Of a DNA stretch of 64,000 nt, positions 35,501 to 45,088 are shown in pieces. Made by a program: the position numbers and the translations under genes. The notes beneath the pieces are model-generated. The model searched no databases, was not told the DNA's origin, and saw only the letters and a program-made list of their open reading frames with translations. Within the stretch, counting starts at the first letter, position 1. The number at the start of each line of letters is the position of its first letter. The DNA lies in the IMG/VR virus record IMGVR_UViG_2843860951_000002, positions 16,041-80,040 of that record; one strand, 5' to 3'. This stretch comes from a virus.

Positions 35501-37000
35501 TCACCATGCTGGGCTTTCTTCACCCTCGGACATGTCGCGGAACCATGTCTGAGGGCCATTGAACAGCATCGGGATATCGCCGGTGCTTCCTTGTCGGTTC
35601 TTGTCCACAATCCATGTGGCTTTGCCACGTGACGCATCCAGCTTGCGGTAGTAGTCGTCCTGCCGCTGCATGAATTTATCCATCGTCTCGCCCGGCTTTT
35701 GCTCCGGCAGCCCCTCTTTCGCGAGATAGTATTCCTCTCGGTAAAGCAGCACGATCATGGAGGCGTCCTGCTCCAAGTTGCCGCTATCTCGCAGGTCAGC
35801 CCCTGTTGGCCGCTTGTTGTCCCGTTTCTCCACGTCTCGGTTCAACTGCTGCAACGCGATCACTGGCACGTTTAGGGATTTTGCCATGGCCAGCAGATCA
35901 GCAGAGATTTCGGAAACTTCCGCATAGCGCCCTTGCTTCCGCGCCGTTTGGGATCCGCGCATCAGAGCCAGATAATCCACCACAACCATGGCAAGCCCCT
36001 TCTTGGAGCGCGCCATACGCCGCGCAACGCTGTAGAGCTTTGCAACCGTGATTGCCGGGGTGTCGTTGATCACCAGCGGGATCTTGGCTGCGTCTATCTG
36101 GGCTGACACAATCCGATCCCACTGCTCCTGCCTCAACGGTGTGCCTGGCGCGTATTCGCCTTGCCCGACTTCTTCGCCACGGTTCTTGCCGGAGCGGATG
36201 CACTGAACGGGAATATTGGTTTTTGCCGCAAGGAGGCGTTGGGAAATCTGCCGGTCACTCACTTCGCCAGACCAGTAGAGAACCTGCTTGCCCGTTGCTT
36301 TGGCTGCCCGGATGGCAATTCCAACCCCCGCTGCGGTTTTTCCCATTGCTGGACGACCTGCCAGAATGGTCAGCGTGCCATTTTCCAGACCGCCGGATAT
36401 GGCATCGAACCGAGCATATCCCGTTGGCGTTCCTATTACGCCATCGATCTGCGAAGCCCTTTGCGCCGCCTCTAGCACGGACGCCATGGAATCACTCACG
36501 CCAACCGTCCGAATGTCCGAACGATCACGGCTGATGGTCAGCATAGCTTCCTCAACGTGATCGACAACATCCTGCGCCGTCCGACCATCTGGGCGCGTCA
36601 CCATCTCCCGCATATCACCCGACAGTTCGAGCATCTGCCTACGCACCCACAGATCCCGAACTGTTTCCGCGTAACGCCGGTTCCCCATCACGCCCACAAG
36701 GCTTCCAGTGATGATCGGAGCAATCTTCTCCCATCCACCGGCGGCCTCCACTTCCGGGCTGCCGACCAAGACCTGTCGCAGCATGATGGGGTTTGGATCT
36801 GTCCCGGCGATGATCAGGCGCTCGGATGTTTCGTAAATCAGCCGATTGAGCGGCGAGTAGAAATACCTCGGCTCCAGCACATCGCAAACATCGTCGTAAA
36901 CGCGGGAATTGGTCATGAGGCCGCCAAGGATGGCCTGCTCAGCCTGCAGATCGAACGGCATTTCAGCGCCTAGCTCTGCCCGGTCAAATGTGCCGCTCAT
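35501..37000 (-). CDS. dnaB: DnaB-family replicative helicase
   Basis: P.DLQAEQAILGGL, ILAGRPAMGKT, VVVDYL.L, SAD.LAMAK.LNVPVIAL.QLNR, DLRDSG.LEQDA, KNRQG.TG. Confidence 0.95.
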   Translation of the reverse strand: MSGTFDRAELGAEMPFDLQAEQAILGGLMTNSRVYDDVCDVLEPRYFYSPLNRLIYETSERLIIAGTDPNPIMLRQVLVGSPEVEAAGGWEKIAPIITGSLVGVMGNRRYAETVRDLWVRRQMLELSGDMREMVTRPDGRTAQDVVDHVEEAMLTISRDRSDIRTVGVSDSMASVLEAAQRASQIDGVIGTPTGYARFDAISGGLENGTLTILAGRPAMGKTAAGVGIAIRAAKATGKQVLYWSGEVSDRQISQRLLAAKTNIPVQCIRSGKNRGEEVGQGEYAPGTPLRQEQWDRIVSAQIDAAKIPLVINDTPAITVAKLYSVARRMARSKKGLAMVVVDYLALMRGSQTARKQGRYAEVSEISADLLAMAKSLNVPVIALQQLNRDVEKRDNKRPTGADLRDSGNLEQDASMIVLLYREEYYLAKEGLPEQKPGETMDKFMQRQDDYYRKLDASRGKATWIVDKNRQGSTGDIPMLFNGPQTWFRDMSEGEESPAW

Positions 37001-37890
37001 GCCGCCTCTCCCTGCGGGATGTTGTGCTGCGCCATCCACGCGGTTTGAAACTCACGCATCGAAATGGGCCGCTCCTGACGACCGATCGCATTGCGAGCGT
37101 AGAGCGTGTAATCCTTGCCCATCTGGCGCGTCCATTCCGGCTCTGCAGCAGCAGCAGCGGCTTCGGACGCAGCGATGGCGCCAGAGGCCAGAGCTTCCTG
37201 CACGGGAATGCGGAACCATGCTGGCGGCTTGCCTTGCCCGGCGCCGCGCTCGCATTTCTCGCGGATGGCGGAAAGGATCACCTCTCGTGCAGCATCGTAT
37301 CCGTAACCCCGGTCTCGGGCATCAGCCAGCCATTGGCGAACCTCTCCCGTTCGAACCATCGACTTCGCCGGGTCAACGCCAGCCGCATCGAGAACCTCGT
37401 TGCCAAGACGCATCCAGTTTGCACTCACCCAATCAGCGTCCAGCGCATGCTTAGCGCTTAATGGTTCTTTACGGTTCTTTACGGTTTGTCGGTACGTCGT
37501 GCCGGTCTGACCGGTACCAGATACCGGTTGGGTGGTATGTGGTACCGGGTAACCGGTATCTGGTACCGCGGTATCTCGTACCGGTTGACTGGTATCTCGT
37601 ACCGGTTGATCGGTACCAGATACCGGTATCTCATTCTGGCTTTCGATGCTCAGACGGTATGTTTTGGAGCGCGTTCCACTCGAAACACGAGTAATAAATT
37701 CCCCCTGCTCAAGCTGCTTGAGGGCGTTCCGAACAGCCTTGTCACAGGCACCGGTCATGTCGCAAATGGTACGCACAGACGGCCAAGCAAGCCCATCGTC
37801 ATTCGCACGCTCAGCAAGCGCCACAAGCACGAATTTCTGACAAATAGGCAGATGCACAGAATAGGCCCAATCTCTCGCCCGGGCGCTCAT
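36997..37890 (-). CDS. Phage replication initiator (N-terminal HTH, lambda O-like layout)
   Basis: K.VL.ALAERAND.G.AWPSV.TI..MTG..KAV..ALK.LE..FI; internal iterons; upstream of DnaB. Confidence 0.8.
   Translation of the reverse strand: MSARARDWAYSVHLPICQKFVLVALAERANDDGLAWPSVRTICDMTGACDKAVRNALKQLEQGEFITRVSSGTRSKTYRLSIESQNEIPVSGTDQPVRDTSQPVRDTAVPDTGYPVPHTTQPVSGTGQTGTTYRQTVKNRKEPLSAKHALDADWVSANWMRLGNEVLDAAGVDPAKSMVRTGEVRQWLADARDRGYGYDAAREVILSAIREKCERGAGQGKPPAWFRIPVQEALASGAIAASEAAAAAAEPEWTRQMGKDYTLYARNAIGRQERPISMREFQTAWMAQHNIPQGEAA
37494..37632. repeat. Iteron cluster (prophage ori) inside the initiator gene
   Basis: CGGTACCAGATACCGGT x2 plus an inverted copy at 37552-37568; GGTATCTCGTACCGGTTGA x2. 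Confidence 0.8.
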
Positions 37891-38117
37891 CACAGCGCCT
37901 CCCATTCACGCATATTTTTGAAAACAGATGCCTCTGTCTCATACAGTTCATCTATCTCGGCATCTGAATAGCCATAGTTGATGGCATCTTTCAGCGCAGA
38001 CATGAGCGCACGTCGGCAGGCCAATATTCGGCGCATACCTTCTGTCCTGATGATGTTTTCAGGGGTGGAAATCAGCTTCAAATCATTGTACACTGGCGCT
38101 ACAGTGTGATTAGCCAT
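37890..38117 (-). CDS. Small hypothetical phage protein
   Basis: 75 aa, abuts the initiator start. Confidence 0.5.
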   Translation of the reverse strand: MANHTVAPVYNDLKLISTPENIIRTEGMRRILACRRALMSALKDAINYGYSDAEIDELYETEASVFKNMREWEAL

Positions 38118-38123
38118 GTCTTG

Positions 38124-38846
38124 TTACTCCAAGATTGTGGTCAGAAGGCCGCCCGGTTCCCCCGAACCAGCGGCCTTCGTCATATTAGCAGGGTTGCGCC
38201 CCGTTGGGTACTCCGCAGGGGTGGGATTGTTGGTGCTTTCTTCTTGATTTTTGCCAGCATCAGGTAGCCATCCAATTACAGGCAGGCCACGGTATCCATG
38301 CTCAAAAACAAACCAAGCGTAGGCAATAGCGCCTCCCTTTGCGGGAACGCCCGAACCACCAGGCGGCATTGAGATACGCTTGGAGGAAACCCATACCCGC
38401 GCCAGAGGAACGGACTTAAACCATTCCCTACGCTTTTGGCCCTCTAGGAATGCGAGGCGCAGAAGAACGCAGACACGATCCATCGTGCCTGTAAGGGCTG
38501 TTTCAACAAAATCCTGCGCGTCACCATATGGCGGGTTACTGACAATGCTTTTTGGTCCAACAATTCCAATTGCATCATGATAGTCAGCCACAATATCGAC
38601 GGGACCGCCGCCCCTATCAACGATATCTGTATTGACGGTATAGACGCCTGCGCAAGTGAGGCGTTTGCCAATATTCCCACCCCCGCAGCATGGGTCCAGA
38701 ACCGCACCAATGAACGGGCGCTCCACCTGAATGAGCGCATCTACACACCAAGCTGGCTCGACATACCAGTCGTCTGCGTGGCGGTCGTATCCTGAGGCTC
38801 TCACGGCAATATCTCCGTAATCGTCACGACGGTTTTCTGGTCGCAT
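38124..38846 (-). CDS. Orphan amino-DNA methyltransferase
   Basis: SAM-binding VLDPCCGGG and catalytic SNPPY motifs; start may be GTG near 38804. Confidence 0.78.
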   Translation of the reverse strand: MRPENRRDDYGDIAVRASGYDRHADDWYVEPAWCVDALIQVERPFIGAVLDPCCGGGNIGKRLTCAGVYTVNTDIVDRGGGPVDIVADYHDAIGIVGPKSIVSNPPYGDAQDFVETALTGTMDRVCVLLRLAFLEGQKRREWFKSVPLARVWVSSKRISMPPGGSGVPAKGGAIAYAWFVFEHGYRGLPVIGWLPDAGKNQEESTNNPTPAEYPTGRNPANMTKAAGSGEPGGLLTTILE

Positions 38847-39223
38847 AAACGGCTTTTGACAGCGCGAATATCAAACGTGGCATATTCCGGCCCATCGTCC
38901 ACAATGAAGCCTAGGCCGCGTTTATTCCGTACACGCTGGCGTGCTCCCGGCTTCCTTACATTGAGCAACTTTGGGGTAGTCAGGCTATCAATTAGGAACT
39001 TGGCGCCACCCTGGACGCCGTCATGATCTGGGGTGCCGCAGGAATGACGCTCAATAGATACATGTGCTTTCTGAAATGGCTCAGGGACGCGCATGTTAAC
39101 AGTCGCGCTGGCAACAGCACGGGCCATCTTCTGGCGCATCCGCGTAAGTGCAAAACGACTTTGCCCTATGCTGTGGTTGAGTAGAGGATAGGGTTCAGGA
39201 AGTTCAAAGCGAATTACCCTCAC
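38801..39223 (-). CDS. RusA-like Holliday junction resolvase candidate
   Basis: F.LP.P.P..N, PD.D...G.K.LIDSL, LGFIVDD. Confidence 0.6.
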   Translation of the reverse strand: MRVIRFELPEPYPLLNHSIGQSRFALTRMRQKMARAVASATVNMRVPEPFQKAHVSIERHSCGTPDHDGVQGGAKFLIDSLTTPKLLNVRKPGARQRVRNKRGLGFIVDDGPEYATFDIRAVKSRLCDQKTVVTITEILP

Positions 39224-39423
39224 GCGAACCGTCCCGCACCATCACGGCGGCGGCCAAGGCGTAGCGCATTGTTCTGCAAACGTAGCTGCCGGTTTTCTTC
39301 ACGCAATCTGATGTTTTCAGAATTCCGGCGCGTGACAGCTTCCAGAAATCGGGCATTTTCTGCCCGCAGTTGAGTGTTCTCACGCTGGAGTTTAGCGTCT
39401 GGGGATAGGAGCGTTTTCAACAT
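39220..39423 (-). CDS. Small coiled-coil protein
   Basis: LQRENTQLRAEN heptads. Confidence 0.5.
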   Translation of the reverse strand: MLKTLLSPDAKLQRENTQLRAENARFLEAVTRRNSENIRLREENRQLRLQNNALRLGRRRDGAGRFA

Positions 39424-39426
39424 GGC

Positions 39427-39699
39427 TTACATCCCAAGCGCACGGCGATACACGTCAAGCAAGGTTTCCTGCTCTTCCACTTCGGCAGGTTCCTGCTTAC
39501 GAATACGGATGATCTGGCGCAGCACTTTCACATCGAAGCCAGCGCTTTTGGCTTCTGTGAAAATGTCCTTAATGTCACCTGAAAGAGCCTTGCGTTCTTC
39601 TTCCAGGCGCTCAACGCGTTCAATTATGGAGCGCAGGCGGTCGGCAGCAATGCCGCCAACATCGGCTGCTTCATTATGATCTTTTGGAAATTCAGACAT
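39427..39699 (-). CDS. DUF2312/GapR-like nucleoid-associated protein
   Basis: ADRLRSIIERVERLEEE.KAL..DIKDIF.EAKS.GFDVKVLRQII.IRK....E.EEQE.LLD.Y..ALGM. Confidence 0.92.
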   Translation of the reverse strand: MSEFPKDHNEAADVGGIAADRLRSIIERVERLEEERKALSGDIKDIFTEAKSAGFDVKVLRQIIRIRKQEPAEVEEQETLLDVYRRALGM

Positions 39700-39941
39700 C
39701 AGATTTCATCCATCAGGTAATATTCGGTAGGCGGCTGAAAGCGCTTGATCCCGGCGGCGAGAAGAACCTCATTGGTATATCCCTTGGCCGTTTTGGCATT
39801 GTGTTGCTTGCAGAGCGCTGAACGGGTTATCCCAACCTTTCTCGCAAAGGCTGATTGTGACCCGGCTTTGTTGATTGCGCGGTCAACAATTCTGAAAACA
39901 TCAGCGTCATCCATGCTGTTGCCGCGCTTCATTCTCTGCAC
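39699..39941 (-). CDS. Small HTH protein
   Basis: AINKAGSQSAFARKVGITRSALCK. Confidence 0.6.
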   Translation of the reverse strand: MQRMKRGNSMDDADVFRIVDRAINKAGSQSAFARKVGITRSALCKQHNAKTAKGYTNEVLLAAGIKRFQPPTEYYLMDEI

Positions 39942-39990
39942 TCCCGCGCCAACCTATCCGCTCGCACCTGCAATTTATCCGCCTTGGTGT

Positions 39991-40380
39991 TCAGCCATTG
40001 GGCAAGCTCTCGGAAATAGAAGGCTCGATTGAGCGCACGGCAGGCGCGCCAGCGGGTGATGCGGATGTGCCATTGGAGGAATAGTCGCCCCATTTGCGAT
40101 CCCATTCTTCACTTCTGGCGCGATACAGAGCGGCTTGATGTTCAGACCGCGCACGCATCTGCGCCAGATGATTTCGGTAAAGCCGTTCTACATTCAGGAA
40201 AATGTGCGCTGGAATAACGCTCCATTCTCCATAGAACAGCCGCTTGATTTGCCCTTCCGTCAGCCCAGTCTTACGGGCGATAGAAGCGAACGATTGCTTC
40301 AGGCAGGAGCGTTCTCCGGTTGCGTCAACAACCTCACGCAACTGGCCCTGAACCTGCCGTGCAATAGCTTCAGGCGTCAT
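39991..40380 (-). CDS. CII-like HTH protein
   Basis: F.SIARKTGLTEGQIKRLFYGE; downstream of cro. Confidence 0.55.
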   Translation of the reverse strand: MTPEAIARQVQGQLREVVDATGERSCLKQSFASIARKTGLTEGQIKRLFYGEWSVIPAHIFLNVERLYRNHLAQMRARSEHQAALYRARSEEWDRKWGDYSSNGTSASPAGAPAVRSIEPSISESLPNG

Positions 40381-40719
40381 GTCGTGACCCCTTTCTGCTC
40401 TCACGGAAAACTTTTCTCTCTCCACGGAATTCATCCCTGCCACATTCACGATTGTTGAGGTCGTGAACTGGAGAAACGATGAAGAAGGAGACTGAATTCG
40501 GAACTGTAGAGTTCGGGGGCACATACTCCCCCGATTTACTGAACGCCTGCGATGCAGCGCCAGACTTGCCGTTTGGCACACCGTTCCTCTGGAACGCTAT
40601 TGTGCGCAGTGCGATCATCTGGGCGCAGCTCAACCCCCACGCCACCATCAGGCAGCGCGTGCTTTTGCTACAGGATGTAGCCGACAAGCTGGGGGTTGAT
40701 GCGGCATGCATTGGGTGAG

Positions 40720-41139
40720 TTACCAGCCCAAGCTTGATGCATATGAATTGCAGCTATTGCACATGAAGCGGCATTTATGCGGCGTTGTAAAAACAGTGCG
40801 GCACCTGCTGCAAGCGCGCGTGCGAAGATCAAGATTTTCAGCGCTCGCATGGCCATTGATAGCTGTTGCCTTCTTCCATCTGCGAGCCCTGCCCCGCTGC
40901 GCTGCCCCCTGTTTTTTCCTGCTATCTTCCCAACGCTTTTTCTTTGCTGCATCAGAAATGACAAGGGACACGCGCGCTTTATATTGGCATCCCTTAGGCG
41001 TGCGATTAAGCACGTTGCCAATGACTTCCCAACTTTCTCCCGCATTCGCCATGCGGTTAAGAAGTTCCACCTCTTCCTGTTTCCATGGAGTTCCCACCAT
41101 CACGGGGCCTCCCCGTCTGTGCGGGTATGCTTCGAGCAC
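40720..41139 (-). CDS. GcrA-like N-terminal HTH plus C-terminal Zn-finger protein
   Basis: W..E.VELL..M..AG.S...IG..L.RT...C..KA.; CxxC..CxxC. Confidence 0.55.
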   Translation of the reverse strand: MLEAYPHRRGGPVMVGTPWKQEEVELLNRMANAGESWEVIGNVLNRTPKGCQYKARVSLVISDAAKKKRWEDSRKKQGAAQRGRARRWKKATAINGHASAENLDLRTRACSRCRTVFTTPHKCRFMCNSCNSYASSLGW

Positions 41140-41548
41140 TGATTGACCAGCGCCCGAAGCCCCACCACCATGGTAATCGCCACAACCACCATGGAGATTC
41201 GAAAAAATGGAATTTGTTTTGACAGCTTGGTCTGAGCGCGCTTTGAACGAGCACGAAAGACCTCACAAAGACATGCCAATGATGGAAATAACCGCCGAAT
41301 GGGACATTCTGCCCACCTCTGCGCCAAAGGATTTGTCTGATCCCCGCCGGATAAAAGGCGCGATGAAATGGACCGCGCCAATGACTCCCGATCTCTCTCC
41401 GAAAGAGCGCACGGCTTGGTTAAAGAAAATCCTCCGCGAGGCGCTCGATAATAAGCAACCTCCTCGTCTGACATCCAGTCAGGAGCAGTAATAAACCCTG
41501 TGAGCGTAGGAATTAGCCTTTCTGGCCGTGGCGTGGCTATTCCTGCAC

Positions 41549-41764
41549 TCATCGCGCCGCCTCCTGCGCTGGGGTGCGCTTGAACAGGTCGGGGCGCAGT
41601 TCTTCGCGCGGGATGCCGGTTGCGGCTTCAGCGGTAGCCACATGCCTATGCGGTATATGACCTAATCTTCTCCAAAAAAGGACGGATGTCCTATGCAAAC
41701 CGCACTTCTTACTTAGTTCGGAAGCACCGCCTGCCGCCTTAATGGCTCGTTCAACAATCGACAT
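41549..41764 (-). CDS. cro: Cro-like regulator
   Basis: AIKAAGG..EL.K.CGL....V..W....IP..H....E.ATGIPREELRPDLF; divergent from cI. Confidence 0.85.
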   Translation of the reverse strand: MSIVERAIKAAGGASELSKKCGLHRTSVLFWRRLGHIPHRHVATAEAATGIPREELRPDLFKRTPAQEAAR

Positions 41765-41770
41765 GCCATT

Positions 41771-41823
41771 ATGTTAGATTATCCAACATTCATAGGCAAG
41801 GAATATGTTGGAAAATCCATCCC
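41771..41823. promoter_or_regulatory. Two operators between cro and cI (OR-like)
   Basis: ATGTTAGATTATCCAACAT (41771-41789) and ATGTTGGAAAATCCATCCC (41805-41823); same consensus recurs at 43647-43700. Confidence 0.75.
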
Positions 41824-41854
41824 AAGGATTTTTTATTTGTCGTCACCTGCCAAC

Positions 41855-42229
41855 ATGAAGAATGCAGAAACAGTCGGAGCACGCCTCAAAGCCTCTCGCT
41901 TATCAAAAGGTGAGAAAGAAGGTAGGCGCATAACTCAAGCGGAAGCTGCTGAGGCTGTTGGCATTAGCCGCAGCACTTTGACGGCTTACGAGCGGGGCCA
42001 TGACGTACCCGGCCGAGATACCATTCGCGCATTAGCCAATTTTTATGATGTTTCCACTGATTACCTTCTTGGAGATTCTCTCCCTTCTCCCACTAATTCT
42101 GATGATGTCGCGCATAATGAAGAGGAGCGAACTCTCCTCCATCTTTGGCGCGTCATAGGCGAGGAAGAGAGGCACTCTCTGATGGTTCTCTTGCGTGCGC
42201 AAATTATCTCTAAGGATAACGTCGCCTAA
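41855..42229 (+). CDS. cI: CI-like repressor (XRE HTH)
   Basis: VGARLK..R....ITQAE.AE.VGISRSTL..YERG...PG...I..LA.FY.VS.DYLLG; start set at MKNAE. Confidence 0.88.
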   Translation: MKNAETVGARLKASRLSKGEKEGRRITQAEAAEAVGISRSTLTAYERGHDVPGRDTIRALANFYDVSTDYLLGDSLPSPTNSDDVAHNEEERTLLHLWRVIGEEERHSLMVLLRAQIISKDNVA

Positions 42230-42353
42230 CCCCTCGCCAGTGATTCTGTGTGCCCGTACCATGTGGCGAGTATGTCAGAACGAAACGTGAACATCAAGAG
42301 CTCAAAATTTCTGAAAAATAGGCCTTGAAGAAAAGTAATTATGGAGAATTTAA

Positions 42354-43283
42354 GTGACCCCTAGTAACCAATCTGATAATTTTCAAGATATGAGCAAGGC
42401 CACATTCACCATTGCCTATGATGGTCCAGCATTGAGAAATCATGCAATGGATGTACGTGCGCTTGCGCCTGCCCTATTGGGATTTGGTGCGCTTTTTGAT
42501 GCTGCCAATTTTACATTAAATGGGGATAGCGCAAAAACAAAAGTTAAGGTGTCAGCACTTGAGAGTGGCAGCTTTCAAATTTCATTTGAAGTTATCCAGA
42601 CATTCTATGATCATCTAATCACTTTCCTATCTAGTCCTACCGTATCTGCCGCCGTTAATCTGCAAAGTTTATTAGGATTTGGTAGCGCAATTGGTGGTGT
42701 AATATATCTTATCAAACGATTCCGCGGGAAGTCTCCAGATAAAGTCATCCCTCTTAAAGATGGGCTTGTTAGATTGCAGTACGGAGATGAAACCATTGAT
42801 TTATCTATAGAATGTCTGAAGTTATTTCAGAGTATTCCCGTTAGGGACGCCCTTCAAAAGATTATAGAAGAACCATTAAAAATCGAAGGAATAGATACAT
42901 TCGAAGTTAGAAAAAATGGGAAAGCTATTGAGACTATTAATAGGAATGAATCTGTATATTTTGCCAAACCATCACTGCCAGATGAAATATTAGTTGATGA
43001 TCACAGGCGTGCAGCTTTTTCCATTATGGCTCTTGCATTTAAAGACGATAATAAATGGCGCTTATATGATGGGACAAATACTCTTAGCGTAAAAATTGAT
43101 GATAAAGACTTTCTCGATCGAGTTCACAAAAGTGAAATATCTTTTTCGCAAGGAGATGTGTTGGTATGCGATATGCACATCGTTCAACGGCAAACAGACT
43201 CTGGCCTGAAAACTGAATATACAGTTGAGAAAGTTATCGACCATAAACCGGCGGCAAGACAGATACCGTTTAAATTTGAATAA
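42354..43283 (+). CDS. AT-rich hypothetical protein in the immunity region
   Basis: 309 aa directly downstream of cI, followed by its own terminator. Confidence 0.7.
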   Translation: MTPSNQSDNFQDMSKATFTIAYDGPALRNHAMDVRALAPALLGFGALFDAANFTLNGDSAKTKVKVSALESGSFQISFEVIQTFYDHLITFLSSPTVSAAVNLQSLLGFGSAIGGVIYLIKRFRGKSPDKVIPLKDGLVRLQYGDETIDLSIECLKLFQSIPVRDALQKIIEEPLKIEGIDTFEVRKNGKAIETINRNESVYFAKPSLPDEILVDDHRRAAFSIMALAFKDDNKWRLYDGTNTLSVKIDDKDFLDRVHKSEISFSQGDVLVCDMHIVQRQTDSGLKTEYTVEKVIDHKPAARQIPFKFE

Positions 43284-43305
43284 AAAGAATTTCATTCCCA
43301 ACATC

Positions 43306-43336
43306 AATCCCGGCCTAACCAGCCGGGATTTTTTTT
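43306..43336 (+). terminator. Intrinsic terminator
   Basis: AATCCCGGC-CTAACCA-GCCGGGATT plus T-run. Confidence 0.8.
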
Positions 43337-43646
43337 GCCCAATCCCTGCCCTTTTCTCGCCCAAGCACGGGCAAAGTCACCTGCCAACCTCCTCTTATCC
43401 AATAAGAGGACAAGGTCAGATGAAACGCATTTCTTACTACGTGATTGACATTACCAGGCAGGCTTTCTCACTCCTGTCTGTGTCCAAATGGTTCGGTGTA
43501 GAGCGCATGATGGCTTACGCACCTCGGCATTAAAATAGCCTTGCCATCCCCCAGAAGTTAAGGCCATTTTATCCTTGGCGAATAAGCCTCGCTAAAGGAT
43601 AAAATGGCCTTAACTGACTTCATGCCGGGATATTTTTTGCCTGAAT

Positions 43647-43700
43647 ATGTTGGATTTTCCAACTTTTCTATTGACTGCATTATGTTGGATAATCTAACAA
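43647..43700. promoter_or_regulatory. Two operators at the early promoter (OL-like)
   Basis: ATGTTGGATTTTCCAACTT and ATGTTGGATAATCTAACAA flanking TTGACT. Confidence 0.75.
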
Positions 43701-43730
43701 TAACCCATCACGAACGAAAGGTGATGGGCG

Positions 43731-44444
43731 ATGACTTCTCTCTCAATTCTCGGAACGAAGATACGGCAGGATGCAGAAGGCCGGTTCTGCCTGAATGACT
43801 GCCATAAGGCTTCTGGCGGTGAAAATAAGAACCGTCCTTCAATCTGGGTGGATAACTCCCAGACAAAAGCATTGATCGCTGAAATTCAGGCCGAAGCAGG
43901 AATTCCTGCTTTGACATCAATCAAGGGCGGCAATGCCTCTGGAACCTACGCTTGCAAAGAACTGGTCTACGCTTACGCCATGTGGATCAGCCCAGCTTTT
44001 CACTTGCAGGTCATTCGCGCCTTCGATGCGCTGGTGACGGGCCAGATCGCCGCACCCGCACTAAGCGAACAGGAAATTGTCGCACAAGCGCTTCAGATCA
44101 CAGTCCGGCAGATTGAAGAACTCAAGGCAGAGAACGCCATCCTCGCTCCCAAAGCGGAAGTGGCTGAAAAGATCGCAGACAGTGATGGCCTCTACACGCT
44201 GAACCTGTCAGCCAAAGCTGCGCAAATGCCCTTGAGCCAGTTCACACGCGCAGCACATGCAAACGGATTCATCTTTAAGCAGAACGGAAAATGGAACGCC
44301 TACTCCGACAAGGTGAAGGCTGGATATTGCTACGTAAAGTTTCACCCATACCGCGACCGTGACGGCGATGAGCGCTTTAGCCCACAGGTGTTTTTCACAC
44401 CAAAGGGCATTACGCGCCTCGTTAAAATCTCTGGCCAGCACTGA
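43731..44444 (+). CDS. KilA-N domain antirepressor with KilAC/ANT C-terminus
   Basis: IRQDAEGRFCLNDCHKASG..RP..W, GTYA.KELV..YAMWISP.F.L.VI.AF; LAPKA...; Q..FTPKG. Confidence 0.88.
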   Translation: MTSLSILGTKIRQDAEGRFCLNDCHKASGGENKNRPSIWVDNSQTKALIAEIQAEAGIPALTSIKGGNASGTYACKELVYAYAMWISPAFHLQVIRAFDALVTGQIAAPALSEQEIVAQALQITVRQIEELKAENAILAPKAEVAEKIADSDGLYTLNLSAKAAQMPLSQFTRAAHANGFIFKQNGKWNAYSDKVKAGYCYVKFHPYRDRDGDERFSPQVFFTPKGITRLVKISGQH

Positions 44445-44455
44445 GGGTAAAGCAA

Positions 44456-44689
44456 ATGAACACTCTCCAAAACAAAGAATGGCCAGAACGCATCGGCAGC
44501 GGTGCGCGGGATGTGTGCGACTGGTTGCAGTTTACGGCACTGGGGCAGTTGTTCTGTCTGGCAGTATTTTTCTACGGCCTGTTTGCGCTCATCGTTTTCA
44601 CGGAACCGGGCCTCAAAATAGCTGAATACCTGATCGAGCTGGTCGTCATGATCGGCTGCAATCTGTTTGGCGCGCCCTACCCCTACTGA
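44456..44689 (+). CDS. Small membrane protein
   Basis: Two hydrophobic segments. Confidence 0.5.
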   Translation: MNTLQNKEWPERIGSGARDVCDWLQFTALGQLFCLAVFFYGLFALIVFTEPGLKIAEYLIELVVMIGCNLFGAPYPY

Positions 44690-44767
44690 TGCCGCAATGT
44701 TTCCCGCTGTCCGCAGCGGGTTGCATGGCCGCATTGGCCGAATGTTTCTCCACGCTAGGAGTAGAAA

Positions 44768-45088
44768 ATGGCTTACACAAACAAGACGTACGCAAACGCC
44801 GTGCGTGATGGCATGTTTAATACGGATGATGTGTCGGCGCATGTAGCGCGTGAAATCCGTGAATATGAAGCAGCAATAGATCAGCACTGCCAGATCATCA
44901 TGCGTATGCAGCGGGATGAATTTTCAGACCGTGATTTTGCAGACACGATGATCGAATACTCAGAAGAAGCAATCTCGGAAATGGTCTGCGCTGTGCATGA
45001 GCTGCGCGAAAAGCGGAAGGAAAGCATTAAGTCTGCTGCCCTGTCGCATAATGACGACATGCGCAAAGTTGCGGAGTGCGCGGCATGA
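44768..45088 (+). CDS. Hypothetical phage protein
   Basis: AGGAG RBS, early operon. Confidence 0.6.
   Translation: MAYTNKTYANAVRDGMFNTDDVSAHVAREIREYEAAIDQHCQIIMRMQRDEFSDRDFADTMIEYSEEAISEMVCAVHELREKRKESIKSAALSHNDDMRKVAECAA

Noticed and set aside
37494-37632. Repeat cluster as a CRISPR array
   Set aside because: Units are overlapping and in both orientations with no unique spacers, lie inside a coding region, and no cas genes are present.
41100-41552. Overlapping ORFs 41100-41552 (-), 41207-41491 (+) and 40479-40718 (+)
   Set aside because: Cannot tell which are real; no family motifs, so they were left uncalled.
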